DNA from: Lama glama
Taxonomy: Eukaryota
Length of the DNA stretch: 64,000 nucleotides
Direction: 5' to 3'
Assembly (NCBI GenBank): GCA_028534125.1
Contig: CM052824.1
Span: forward strand, 37,386,001 to 37,450,000
The position numbers and the translations under genes are program-made. Positions within the stretch are counted from its first letter, which is position 1; every line of letters begins with the position of its first letter. A model generated the notes under the pieces. The model saw only the letters and a program-made list of their open reading frames with translations, was not told where the DNA came from and did no database searches. Of the stretch, positions 1 through 12,900 are shown one piece after another.

Positions 1-870
1 CATGGTGAGGGGATGGTGAAGAAGGGGGCTCTCCTTTTGTAAAGGAATCTGAAGGAAAGCCTGCCTCCTCACGGCAATGATATTTGAGCAAGATCTGAAT
101 GAAGAAACAAGGAAACCAGGTGGATATGGGGGAAGAGGATCATGGGCAGTGAGGTCCTAAGGCAGGGGGAAAGTCACTGAAGTGTTTCAGAAACAGCAAG
201 CAGAGGCCCCCGTGGCATTAGCACTGTGAACAAGGAAGAGAATAACAGGACATGAAATCATGGATACATCAAGGGCCAGATCATGCCCGGTCTTCCGGGT
301 CACTGTAAGGACTCTGGATTTTCATCTGAGAAAGATGGGGAGCCACTAAAGATTTTCTGGCTGAAGACTGCCATGATCTGACTTATGATATCAGGGCTGT
401 GTGGGGATGGATTATAGGAGCAAAGAGGGGAAGTAGAGTTTTCAGGTAGGAGGCTGTTGCAGTAGTGCGGGTGACAGTGATGGGAACAAGATAATGGAAG
501 CAGAGTGAAAAGTGGTCAGATCTGGAAAATAATTTGAAGGTAGAGCCAAAAGAATCCGATGAAGAATAGGACACATGATGTGAGAGACCAAAGGGAATGA
601 AAGGTGGCCTGAACCCCTAGTGGAAAGGAGCAGACCGAGGATGAGCTGGTTAGGGGAAGAAAGAAATTATGATTTAGTTTGGACATGCTGAGTTTGAGAC
701 GTCTGTTAGACATCTTCATGAAGGTAATAAGGAAGGAGCAGAATATATACATCTGGAGTTTAAGGGAGAGAACAGGGCTGGAAATAGACAGGAGGGAGCC
801 ATCAGCATATAGATGGTATTTAAAGCCACAGGCCTAGTGAGAGCACTCAGGAAACAATGGTAGATAGGGA
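1..870. mobile_element. LINE-2 remnant (approximate ends)
   Basis: L2-like text such as TTTGAGACGTCTGTTAGACATC...GCCATCAGCATATAGATGGTATTTAAAGCC; purine-rich. Recognised from memory. Confidence 0.6.
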
Positions 871-1039
871 TCATCACCCCACACCCTCCCAGGATCCAGC
901 CACCTGCAAGTTCAAGGAACTCTGGACTGCTGGGAGGAAATCCCAGCCAGAAACAGAGACAGGATACCTCCTCTCACACTCCCAAGTCCTGGGATGAGAG
1001 GCCTGGGCTTCCTCCCAGCCACTGCTCCTATTTTCTTAC

Positions 1040-1185
1040 CTTGGGGGCAGGATGGCATTCAAGATTTCTTCTGCCTGCTTTGTAGGATCTGGGACACAGG
1101 AAGTTGAGGGGAGCTTGGTCTTTGGTGGCTGTGGGACAGGACCTGAGGGTCCAGGCTGCTGGGGGCTGACTTTCAGTGGCCGTGC
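1040..1185 (-). CDS. DNALI1: DNALI1 exon 2 (146 nt)
   Basis: AG acceptor and GT donor; contained in ORF 1036..1218. Confidence 0.95.
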
Positions 1186-1804
1186 CTGTGAATTTAGGGC
1201 AGGAGATGATTCAGACACTCAATTCCATGCATCCTGGCCCTCTGGGTTGCTCCAGATCTCCGGCACAACTCTCCCCTATTCCCAGATCACTTTCCCTCAT
1301 CTGTCTTCTCAGCAGAAGTTATGTTTCAGAGGTGAAGTAAGCCATGTAGTCTCTTGTCCTACCCCAACCCAATGCTTGTAGCTCCTTGAACAGATATTTC
1401 TGGCACAGTTGCTCAGGCCTCTGCTTTCACACGTCTAGTGATGGGGCAATCACTGCCCAATCCATTCTTGGACCCTGCTACCCTGATAAAGGGTGAGCCC
1501 CAACCATCTCCCTGTGACTTTCTTCCCCACCCGAAATCTGCCCTTTGGGGTCACCTAACATTTGGGCTTCTTGTACAGCTCTCCCAACCTCCTTCCCCAG
1601 TCCTATTTCCTTTACTCCCAGTCGCTACAGCCTCTGTTCCTCGGGACTCCTGATCCTCAAGGCAAGGATCTGCCTTTCCCATGGAAGATTTCTGCTCCCC
1701 CACCCTCTGAGACCCGTCCTTACTTTGGGGCTCCGTTTCTCCGTGTTCCGGCTCACCAATACCGGGGTGTCATACTTGAGCAGAGAGTCTGCAGGGGGGA
1801 TCAT
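1040..1804 (-). CDS. DNALI1: Dynein axonemal light intermediate chain 1 (p28), 5' part only: coding exons 1724-1804 and 1040-1185; gene continues past the left edge
   Basis: The spliced minus-strand translation MIPPADSLLKYDTPVLVSRNTEK RSPK|ARPLKVSPQQPGPSGPVPQPPKTKLPSTSCVPDPTKQAEEILNAILPP matches the DNALI1 N-terminus. Donors are AAA|gtaagg (1723) and AG|gtaaga (1039); the acceptor is cacag| (1186). Confidence 0.96.
1724..1804 (-). CDS. DNALI1: DNALI1 coding exon 1 (81 nt)
   Basis: ATG at 1804 in GCCGCCATG context; GT donor at 1723-1722. Confidence 0.95.
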
Positions 1805-1860
1805 GGCGGCGGCCGGGGTAGTAGCCCAGCAGTGGCCCTCCAGCCAAGGCCTTGTTTTTT

Positions 1861-1874
1861 GTCACCATGGAAAC
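1861..1874. promoter_or_regulatory. RFX X-box in the DNALI1 promoter/5' UTR
   Basis: GTCACCATGGAAAC is a near-palindromic match to the X-box GTTGCCATGGCAAC, 57 bp upstream of the ATG of a motile-cilia gene. Confidence 0.75.
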
Positions 1875-2753
1875 CTTCTCTCAACCCTCATGGCCTGGGC
1901 GGGGCTTCGGAATGGGGCGGGGCCAGCAGCGCGCGAGTTCCTCTCTGCGCGGCTTTCCCGGAAAGTTCTCCCGTGTTAATCTTGTCAGGCCGCCAGCTCA
2001 CCCGGTCTCCTCGGTACTCTCGGAAGCAGGGGAAACAAGGATTCTGAATCCCTGCGCTACGTTTTTGCTCGCGATTTGAATAAGGTGCAGATCACCTTCG
2101 CTGACCCTCGGTTTTGTCACCTGCAAAATCTGACTCCTCAGTGATGAGTGGGGACGATTCCCAGAGGAAGGCATCTAAAGTTCCCAGGTTTTAAAAAGTA
2201 TGTTTTTAATTAAATGGAGAAATGGCACATAACAGAAAGTGTAGGAACAGAGGGGAAATACTAATGATTTGCCCATGGGCTACCATCTATGATTGCATTT
2301 TCTTTTCTTCCTTTTTCCTTCGTATTTCCAAGCGTAAATGTAATCACAATCTGCGCACAATTTTATATCCTCCTTCGGTTTAACAAGCCAGGGTTTTTTT
2401 CCATTTGTCATAGAGAGTTTATAAATAGCATTGCGAAAGGCTGCATAACATCTTTCCTACTGCTAGGAGTGTGGGCTGTCCCTGTGTTTAGTAATGACTA
2501 ATAACGCGGCACCAAACAATACTGAGAGTAACTTTTCCCCGAAAGTTTGCTTTGGAGGAAACTTTAAAGTCCCGCCACCCGAGTCGGGTGACTAAGGTCC
2601 CGCCCACTCCGGCATCGTATCGCGTTATCTCCGCCGCGAGGGTTTCTGGGAGAGCGCGCACCCGGAAGCGGAAGTCCAAGGGTCAAGTCCGTCATTTCCT
2701 TCAGGGAGAGGAGTGCAACGGACTTGTTTTTACTTGGCTCCGTGAATCTCAGC

Positions 2754-2980
2754 ATGAAGGAGGTGAAGACTGAGCGGGAGCGGGGGAGTCGGCGAAGGCA
2801 CCGGGACGAGGACATGGTGGCGCCGGCTGCGGCGGTGGTGGTGAAGCAGGAGCGCCTCAGCCCGGAATCCGCGCCTCCCGTCCACCGCCGCCCGGACTCC
2901 TCCGGCGGTAGCCCATCCCCGCCGGCTGGCGAGTCGGGCCGCCCCGGTCACCGCGGGAACCGAGCCCGAGGAGGCAGCCG
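2754..2980 (+). CDS. SNIP1: SNIP1 exon 1 (coding part)
   Basis: ATG at 2754; donor CG|gtaagt at 2981. Confidence 0.95.
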
Positions 2981-5900
2981 GTAAGTGGGAAGCAGCCCGG
3001 GGTGGACCTTAGGTCGGCCTCATTGAGAAAGGAGGACGCGGCAACTTGGGCTTCATTCTAAAGCGATGGAAGTGACCGGTCGTGCTTGTGTTAAAGAACG
3101 TTTACTCCGGTACCTGTCATTGCGTTATAGTTGGGCGTTAAGCGCCTCATGCCTGATGGGCAGCATCTCGACCCTGCATTTCTGTGTGCCCAGCATTTGG
3201 CTGAGTATGGCCCGGTCGATAGCCCTGATAATTTAAGTTGAAAGATTTTTCCCATCTGCCTGCAGATGGAGTGCGGGCGTTATGTTTTAAGTTACCTGCA
3301 CAGAAAAGTTTACACATCGAGGGCCTAGGCGATCTAGCTATAGATACTCTAAGGGGGAAAAAGTTGTCTCTTGTTAGACTCGTCCCTTTATTCATTCATT
3401 CATTCAACATAGTTTTACTTAGTACCCATTATGTGCTAAAGATTGCTCTGGGTATTGGGGCTGCAAGGGTGAACATGATAGATGGTCTCTGCTGTGGCGA
3501 CATTGACGTTCTCTGGCCCTGGGACGAAATAGCAAACAAATAAACAAAATAGTTTCAGTTAGTAACAAGTCTTAGGGATAGGTTAAAACAGTAATGTAAT
3601 GGTGAGAGAGCAAGGGAAGTGGTTCTCCTGAACCACTCTGAAAAGTCAGCCATCTGTGCTGAGACCTAAATGATAAGAACAGTCCAGCCTTGTAAAGATC
3701 TAGGCAGAGGAAACAGCCCATGCAAAGAACCTGAAGAAATTAATTGTGATCCTCCTAGAAATAGGGGTGGAAGTGGAAGTCCAGTTATCCAGTGATCAAA
3801 GGAGAGTGGTCGAAATGAGGCAGGAGAGGGAGGATGGGACTAGAGGACTTGCTGATTGATTGAGTGATTGTGTGGATGGAGTTGTGTGGAGGGGCTGTTG
3901 CTGGTGAGGGAAAAAAAAGAATCAAGAGTGACTTCTAGGTTTTTGGCTTGAGGAACAGGGTAGATGGTGATGCCGATTACCTAGATGGTAAAGACAGAAA
4001 AAGTTTTTTGAGGGTTGGGACTCTAGAGTTATGTTATCTGACAAATTGCAGTAGGCAGTTATATTAAAGTGAGAAGTTTCAGGAGGGAGTTATATATCGG
4101 GGAGACATTAGGGCTAGAAAAGTGAAGCTCCCGATTCTAGTATGATCAGCAGACACCTTCACAAATATGGTGTTTGTATTAGTACGTAAGCCTGATACTT
4201 GAAGCTAATTTATATGAGGGAATGAAAATTTAGATAACATCTGTGTGTACCATTCTCTGAATAGGTCCCCAGCCAAAAAGAAAAACAAGTCCTCAGGGAG
4301 AAGAAGTAAGTCTCCCCGGAGTAAAAGAAGCCGAAGTCCTCACCACTCAACAGTCAAAGTAAAACAGGTGAGTGGGTTGAGATGTTGTCATACTGGCTGC
4401 AAATCGAGAGCCTCTCCCATCATAGCTGAAGAGTGTTGTGTATGTGTACATCTGTACTTGCAACGAACTTTTCTAAAAACTGGGCTGTTTTTTTACCCCT
4501 GCTTGTTTTGTTAAAGTAAACCTTTTACTTTGAGATAACTGTTCATTCACATGCAGTTATAAGAAATAATATAGAAGTAGCTGTTTCTCCCAATGGTAAT
4601 ATCTTACTGAATTACAGAACAATGTCATAACCAAAATACTGATATCAGTACAGTCAAGATACAAAACATTTACAGTCACCAAAAAGGATTATCCTGTAAT
4701 CCTTTTATAGTCATGCCCACTTCCGTCCCATCCCTACCCCTCAACTCCCAATGTTGTCATTTCAAGAACGTTATGTAATGGAATCATATAGTATGAAGCC
4801 TTTAGAGATTGGTTTTTTTCTCTCCACAGAATTCTTTGGAGCTTCATTCAGGTTGTTTCATCTCTCTGTTTATTGCTAAGTGGTATTCAAAGGTATGGAT
4901 TTAACCATTTGCCCATTAAAGAACATCTGGTTATTTCCAGTTTTTGGCTATTAAGACATGGGCTGCTATATAAATATTTGTGTGTAGGTTTTTATGTGAA
5001 CATGTTTTCATTTCTCTGGGACAAATGCCCGAAAGTATAATTGCCAGATGGTATGGGAGTTGCATGTTTAATTTTGTTAAGAAATTGCCAAACTTTTCCT
5101 GAGTGCTGTGTTAGTTTGCTAGGTTTTCCGTAACAAAATACCACAGACTGTCTGCCCCAGGCAACAGAAGCTATAATTTTCACACCGTTCTAGAGGTGAG
5201 AAGAGCAGTTCAGTTTCTCCTGAGGCCTCTCTCCTTGGCTTGTGAATAGCTATCTTCTTGGCTGTGTCCTCATAGCCTTCCATCTGTGCACTCATATCCC
5301 TGGCTCAGGCCTCTTCCTTTAACAACATCAGCCATATTGGATTAGGGTCTCACTCATTTGAATTCAATCAGTTCTTTAAAGACCTTATCTCCAAAAAATG
5401 TGGTTACATTCTGAAGTGTGGGGTTTGGGGCTTCAGCATATAAATTTGGAGAGGGCACGATTCAGTCCATACCAGTGGCTCTGCCATTTTACATTTTCAC
5501 TTGTAATGTGTGNNNNNNNNNNNNNNNNNNNNNNNNNNNNNNNNNNNNNNNNNNNNNNNNNNNNNNNNNNNNNNNNNNNNNNNNNNNNNNNNNNNNNNNN
5601 NNNNNNNNNNNNNNNNNNNNNNNNNNNNNNNNNNNNNNNNNNNNNNNNNNNNNNNNNNNNNNNNNNNNNNNNNNNNNNNNNNNNNNNNNNNNNNNAATGG
5701 CCTTTCAGGTCTTTTGCCTATTTTTTAATTGGATTATTTGGGGATTTTTTTACTATTGAGTATTAAGAGGTTGTTTTGTTTTTTTTTTAATATTCTTAGA
5801 TACTAGGCCTTTTTTGGTAAGTGATTTGCTAATAATTTCTTCCATTCTGTATCTTGTCTTTTCATTCTCTTAACAAGGTTTTTCTCAGAAAAGAAGTTTT

Positions 5901-6933
5901 TAATTTAGGTGGAGTCCAGCTTGTCCATTTTTCATTTTTTAGGTTATGTTTTTGGTTTCATGTCCAAGAACTTTTTCCCTGGCCTTAGATCCCGAAGATA
6001 TGTTTTTTCCTTAAAGTTTTTCATGTATGTCCATGATCTGTTTAGGGTTTGTTTTACTATTAGGTGTGAGCCTTAGAGTGAGGTTCATTGTTTTGCCTGT
6101 GAATGTCCACTTGCTCCAACACCATTTATTGAAAAAGCTCTTTCCTTCAATTGCTATTGCTCCTTTGTCAAAAATCAGTTGGGCATGTGTGTGCATTTAT
6201 TTCTGGGTTCTCTGTTCTGTTCCACTGATCTGTCACTCTGCCAGTGCCCCAATCTTGATTACTGTAGCTGTATAATGCCTTAAAATCAAATAGACTGATT
6301 CTTTCACTTTTTAAAAGTTGTTTTAGTGAGTCTGTTTCCTCTGCCTTTCCATACAAATTTTAGAATAATCTTATTTATATCTATAAAAGAATCTTGCTAG
6401 GATTTGATTGGAATTGTGTTAAACTTGCATTCTGGAGAGTATTGGCTCTTTAAAAAATTCTTAATATTATTATATTGAGTTTTCTAACCCATGAACACTA
6501 CGTGTGTCTCCATTTATTTAGATCTTCGATTTCTTTCATCAGCGTTTGTAGTGTTCAGCATACAACTGTTATATGTGCTTTGTTAGATTTACAGCTAAGT
6601 ACTTTTTTGAGTGATTGTAAGTGATATTTTAAATTTCAGTGTCTGCTTACTCACTGCTAGTATATTGAAATGTAATTAATTTTTGTATGTTTGTCTTATA
6701 TCCTGTGACTTTACCAAACTCAATCATTTATCTTAGGAGTTTTTTTTGTAGAGTACTTGGGAATTTTTGCATTGACAATCATATCTGCAAATAGGGACGA
6801 TTTTATTTCTTCCTTTGTAATCTGTATGCATTTTATTTCCTTTCTTGGTGCACTGGCTAAGACTTCCAGCACTATGTGGATACAGATACATTTTTTTGTT
6901 TTTAAATTTTTTGTAGGGGGAGATAATTAGGCT

Positions 6934-6965
<32 letters not shown>

Positions 6966-9900
6966 TGAAGGTCCTGGGGATTGAACCCAGGACGTCCTGC
7001 ATGCTAAGCACGTGCTCTACCACTGAGCTAGACCCTCCTCTCCAGCACCATGTGAAATAAGAGTAGTGAGAGCAGACCCTCTTGCCTTGTCCTCAGTCCT
7101 GAGGGACAAGCATTGAGTCTTCTTTTTACAGAAATCCTGTGTTACAAAGTGCAAATAGAGACAATGGATTTTCTTAATTTGAGAGACTATGGGCCAACTT
7201 TCTACTACCTTAAAGACAGAAAGCCAGACAGTCTTGGTGGTCTGTTGTATGAGTTGGTCAGGCACTGCCTTGGCTATCTCAGAATTCAGCCACTGGCACC
7301 TCGGTACTCAGATTGAACCTCTCCTACCACTTGTAGGTAGGGGTGTGTGTGTGTGTGTCTAGGTTTATGCACAACTTGCAACTTTTTTGATTTAATAAAT
7401 TTGACATGATACATTTTGTAGATTTAAGGTGCACAGTATGTTACTTTGATACATTTATGTATTGTAATGTGATTGCCATTGAAGCAGTATTTATCAGGTT
7501 ACACCATTACAGTACAGTATTACCGTCTATATTCATTATACCGTGCATTAGATCTGTATGGCTTATTTACTAATCAGTACAAGTTTGTACCCTTAAATAT
7601 TATCAGTCTTATCCTCCCACCATCCCACCACCCATCCCCTAGTAACCACCATTTTATTCCCTGGGTTTTGTTGTTGTTTTTTAAATAACAGGTTTGACTT
7701 GCAGTTCTTTACCTCTAGTTTCTGAATCGACATTTCACAATAAATTCTGGGGCTTTTAGCGTGGAACTGTTCTGTGATTTACTATTTTGAAGTGTCTTAG
7801 TTTGCTTATCTGTGCTAACTTGTCTCCTGACTTTATCTCTTTTTAAAAAAATATTATTGAAGTATAGTCAGTTTACAATGTTGTGTCAATTTCTGTCTTT
7901 TTTGATTTATTTTTTATTGACGTGTAGTTGATTTACAATGTTAGTTTCAGGTATACCAGATTATCTCTTAAAAAGCTGATTTGCTTGTATTAATTAGCTA
8001 GAAGTTTGGAAATGGTTCTCAAGCAAAAGGGCTTGAGGGCTTGACAGGCATTTGACACTCAGTGGCTTTCACGTGAGTTGTAGGAGTGCACACAGCTTGT
8101 GACTCAAGCTTGACTTGTGCTTACAGGTATTCTCTCCACCACTTAGCCACCACTAAAAAAATTTATTAATTGCATGCTCATCATAATAACACAGAAATCT
8201 GTAAAATAAAAAGAGAGAGTATGGTGTATGTGGTATATGGTTACTCCTCTCATTGCTCCGCGGATTGCACCTGATCCCCCAAACAAAAACATCACCTCAC
8301 TCCCCAGGGGTAGCCATTTTAATAGTTTGATATTTATACTTCAAGGCTCTGTTATACTTATGCTCTCTTCTTTTCCTTTTTGTTTTGGTGCGTGTGTGTG
8401 TATTCTATGCAAAGACTTCAATTCTGAAAAAAGAACCATATTATATCATTATCACACTTTATTAATAATTGAAGGTATATGCTTGACATCTTAGTTATTT
8501 TGTGTTACCTGATTATTTGATTTGTCATATTTTCTCCATAGTTTCTACCAGTGTTGCCTGGTATACACTTAACTAAAAATGAAGACCAAGAATGGCCCCT
8601 TAGATTTAGCAACATGGAGGCCATTGGTGACTTTGACTTAACAATTTTAGTGGAGTAATAAGGGTGAAGCCTAATTGGATGATTCAAAAGAAGATGGGAG
8701 AAGTATCGGAGACTTCTGAAAAAAATTATTTTTATTTTATTATTGTTATGGCAAATAGTCTGGCCTTACTTTTTTTCTACTTTATTTTTTCTTATTTTAT
8801 TTTTTCTTTCTTTCTCTTTGTTTCTTTCTTTCTTTCTATTTATTTATTTCTGAAGTATAGTCAGTTTACAATGTTGTGTCAATTTCTTGTGACCAGCATG
8901 TTTCAGTCATACATACACATATATATATTCATTTTCATATTCTTTTTCATTGTAGGTTACTACAAGATATTGAATATGGTTTCCCATGCTATACAGAAGA
9001 AACTTATTTATCTATTTTATATATAGTAGTTATATCTGCAAATCTTGAACTCCTATTTTATCCCTTCCCACCTCCTTTCCACCCCCCCGTAACTATAAGT
9101 TTGTTTTCTATGTCTGAGTCTTTTTCTGCTTTGTAAATAAGTTCATTTGTGTCTTTTTTTTTTTAAGATTCCACATATAAGTCATATCATACGGTATTTT
9201 TCTTTCTCTTCCTGGCTTCACTTGGAATGTCCATCTCCAGGTCTATCCATGTGGCCGCAAATGGCATTATTTTATTCTTTTTTATGGCTGAGTAGTATTC
9301 CAGTGTGTGCATGCACCCCCCCCATCTTTATCCACTCATCTCTTGATGGACATTTAGGTTGCTTCCATGTCTTGACTATTGTAAATAGTGCTGCTGTGGA
9401 CACTGGGGTGCATGTGTCTTTTTGCATTAAAGTTTCNNNNNNNNNNNNNNNNNNNNNNNNNNNNNNNNNNNNNNNNNNNNNNNNNNNNNNNNNNNNNNNN
9501 NNNNNNNNNNNNNNNNNNNNNNNNNNNNNNNNNNNNNNNNNNNNNNNNNNNNNNNNNNNNNNNNNNNNNNNNNNNNNNNNNNNNNNNNNNNNGCATTTAT
9601 TGTTTGTGGACTTTTTTTTTTCTTTTTTTTAATTTTTAAATTTTTTAAATTAGAAAAAAAATTTTTTTGTGGACTTTTTAATGATAGCCATTCTGGCTGG
9701 TATGAGTGATACTTCATTGAAATTTTGATTTGCATTTCTCTGATAATTAGCAGTATTGAGCATTTTTTCATATGCCTATTGTCCATTTGTATGTCTTCAT
9801 TGGGGAATTGCTTGTTTAGGTCTTCTGCCCATTTTTTTATTGGGTTGTTTTTATTTTTATTTTTAATGGAGGTACTGGGGATTTTTGAACCCAGTACACC

Positions 9901-12900
9901 ATGCTTGCTAAGCATGCACTCTGCCACCTGAGCTATACTCCTGAGCTATACCCCACCCCTGGAGACTGATTAAAATAGAACTCTTTTGAGGAGTTTTACT
10001 CAAGAAGGAGGGAGGAAATAGAGTGGAAACTGACATAGGGAATGGACCCTAGAGGAGAGCAGGTGCTCATGCTGATGGGAATGATCCAGGATAGACTGGG
10101 GAAATTGATTATGTACAAGAGAGATGAGACTCACTGGAGTAATATCCCTGATGAGAGGGATAGCTCTGAGAGGAACACACCCCGGTGCTGGAATTAGCTT
10201 TAGATAGAAGCACAGAGAGTTTACTATGGTCACAGGAAGGGAAGACAAGAGTATCTGGGTGTCGATACTGGTAGGTGGGTAGATGTAGAAAATACCTTAT
10301 GAGTAAATAAGGGGTGGGGAAGGCCATGTGGGAGATTTGAGGGATGAAATAGTCATGTGAGAGAATGAATAGATCAGGAAAATGCAGAATAGTTGTTGAG
10401 CCATCAGTAAGGCGGCTTGGGGTCATACTTCTAAGGTGGGACCAGTCGGAATGGTTTGTGTTTTTTTCTAGCCACTTTGCTGTGCTTAAAACTGGTTGTG
10501 GTTTTGCCAGGACAGTGCAACATAATGGCACAGGGGAGAGATTGGAATGTGTCTGCAAGGGAGTGATCATACTGTGTGACTGTGGAATGTAAGTTAGGCA
10601 GGAAGGAAGAGAGGCTGAAAGAGTGAGGGACTGTGCAAAGGTAAGAGTGTCAGAGGTGTGGGTGAGTCTTACCAGGATAAGGGCTGTTAGAGTTGGGTAA
10701 AATACGAGCTGGGAAAGTGAGCAGAGAGAGGACTGCTTGAAATTGAAATTATAGAGGGTTGCAGGTATTGGAAAGGAAAAGTTCTGTGTATAACCATGGG
10801 GGTGAGTGGTTGAGGTGAAGGGAGGAGACAAATAAGACAGTGGGAAGAGAAACTCAAAGAGAGGCCAGCGTGTTGGAAGAGGCACCTCCGTGTTATTGAA
10901 ACCACCACGAGTAATGCTGGGGAGAATGACTTGAGCTGGTAGGACAGCTGGCACAAAGTGAGAGGAGATGATTCAGGATTAGTCTGTGATGGCAGCAGTG
11001 AGCATAATGGGTGACAGCAGTCTGGTGTGAGATTCAGAGCTGCAGTTTTTTCTTTTTTTTTTTTAGGGAGAAAGAGAAGGATGGGGAGAGTTCTAGAACA
11101 GCAGTGAGAAGCACGGATGACGCCTGCCATCTGTCCCAACCCAGAGATGGTGGGAGCTGAGGGGAGGTCAGTGGGAGAGAAACAGCTTCCATTTGAGAGA
11201 GCTGCAAGGGAGCAGTGCGCTCAGGGCAGAGCCAGGGTTCTGTTGGAGCAAAAAGGGATGAGAACTGTCTGAGAAAACGTGGAGGATGTGGATTGGTTTT
11301 GCCCAGCTGTCCATTCGCTAGTACAGTGGCTTCAGGAGTTGACAAAGGGTGGGATTTGGGGACAGAATCCTGGTTGTACAGAGCCTTACGCGGATTAGAA
11401 TACAAGAGGGTAGCGGTAATGACTTGGAGTCTGTGACTTCTTATATCGACTCATTTAATTGGGGATAAAGGGCAGAATGAGATTAGTCCTGGAGAACTCA
11501 AGGCAGAAGGTGGTGGCAAGCTGGTGAATGCCTTGGGCATTCTGAGCAAGCAGGCCCCACTACGTGACCCCTGTGTATGGCAGGGAGAAGGCCTTGGTGG
11601 GGGAGTAGGGGCAAAGTCTCATCCTGGTGCTCAGGATTTCCTCTCTACCTCTTCCCAGGAGGCCTTGCTCCTAAGTGTGCACGGCCTGCTCTGGAACTCT
11701 GATGCTCTGGTTATTAGATTAGTAAGGATAATCCTATCTTCGGGTCTCCATTAGATATTGCTTTCCTCTGAAAATTGTTTAATATCCTTTGCCTATTATC
11801 TACTGGGCTGACTTTCATTACTGAGTCTTTTTAAAGAAAACGTGGTACATTTCATTTTTCCAGATCTATAAAAAATATATCTATTACAGTTGACCCTTGA
11901 ACAACACAGGTTTGAATTGCACTGGCCACTTAAATGCAGATATTTTTCAAACACTACAGTAATACATATCCCGTTTGAATCTGCAGATGCGGACCCTCGA
12001 GTACAGAGGAACCATGTGTACAGAGGGCAGACTGCAACTGCTCGGAGGAAGGGTTAACTATTAGCTTTTTACAGGTTTCTTATATGTCTTACATGTTTCT
12101 TTTTTTTTTTTTGAACATTTTTTATTGATTTATAATCATTTTACAATGTTGTGTCAAATTCCAGTGTTCAGCACAATTTTTCAGTCATTCATGGACATAC
12201 ACACACTCATTGTCACATTTTTTTCNNNNNNNNNNNNNNNNNNNNNNNNNNNNNNNNNNNNNNNNNNNNNNNNNNNNNNNNNNNNNNNNNNNNNNNNNNN
12301 NNNNNNNNNNNNNNNNNNNNNNNNNTATCATAACATTTTGTGTATATTTCCCTGTGCTATACAGTGTAATCTTGTTTATCTATTCTACAATTTTGAAATC
12401 CCAGTCTATCCCTTCCCACCCTCCACCCCCCTGGTAACCACAAGTCTGTATTCTCTGTCTGTGAGTCTATTTCTGTCCTGTATTTATGCTTTGTTTTTGT
12501 TTGTTTGTTTGTTTTTGTTTTTGTATTTTAGATTCCACATATGAGCGATCTCATATGGTATTTTTCTTTCTTTTTCTGGCTTACTTCACTTAGAATGACA
12601 TTCTCCAGGAGCATCGATGTTGCTGCAAATGGNNNNNNNNNNNNNNNNNNNNNNNNNNNNNNNNNNNNNNNNNNNNNNNNNNNNNNNNNNNNNNNNNNNN
12701 NNNNNNNNNNNNNNNNNNNNNNNNNNNNNNNNNNNNNNNNNNNNNNNNNNNNNNNNNNNNNNNNNNNNNTCATTCCTAGGTATTGAATAATTTTTGTTGC
12801 TGTTGAAATAAGATCTTTAAAATTACTATTACATTTTTGGGCATAAGAGAAAGCTAGCTTGCTTTCTTCATGTATTTATCTTGTATGTGACTACTTAACT

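Larger units (their letters stand above)
1740..3200. promoter_or_regulatory. CpG-rich bidirectional promoter shared by DNALI1 and SNIP1
   Basis: Divergent ATGs at 1804 (-) and 2754 (+). GC box GGGGCGGGGC at 1915-1924; tandem ETS/GABPA motif CCGGAAGCGGAAGT at 2662-2675; high CpG density. Confidence 0.85.

Noticed and set aside
9427-9927. 166-aa ORF and other ORFs running through N-gaps
   Set aside because: The L1 ORF2 remnant and poly-X stretches create artificial open frames.
10109-10954. 281-aa minus-strand ORF as a novel gene
   Set aside because: It lies within a LINE-2 remnant, has biased S/T/L/P composition and no splice or promoter context.
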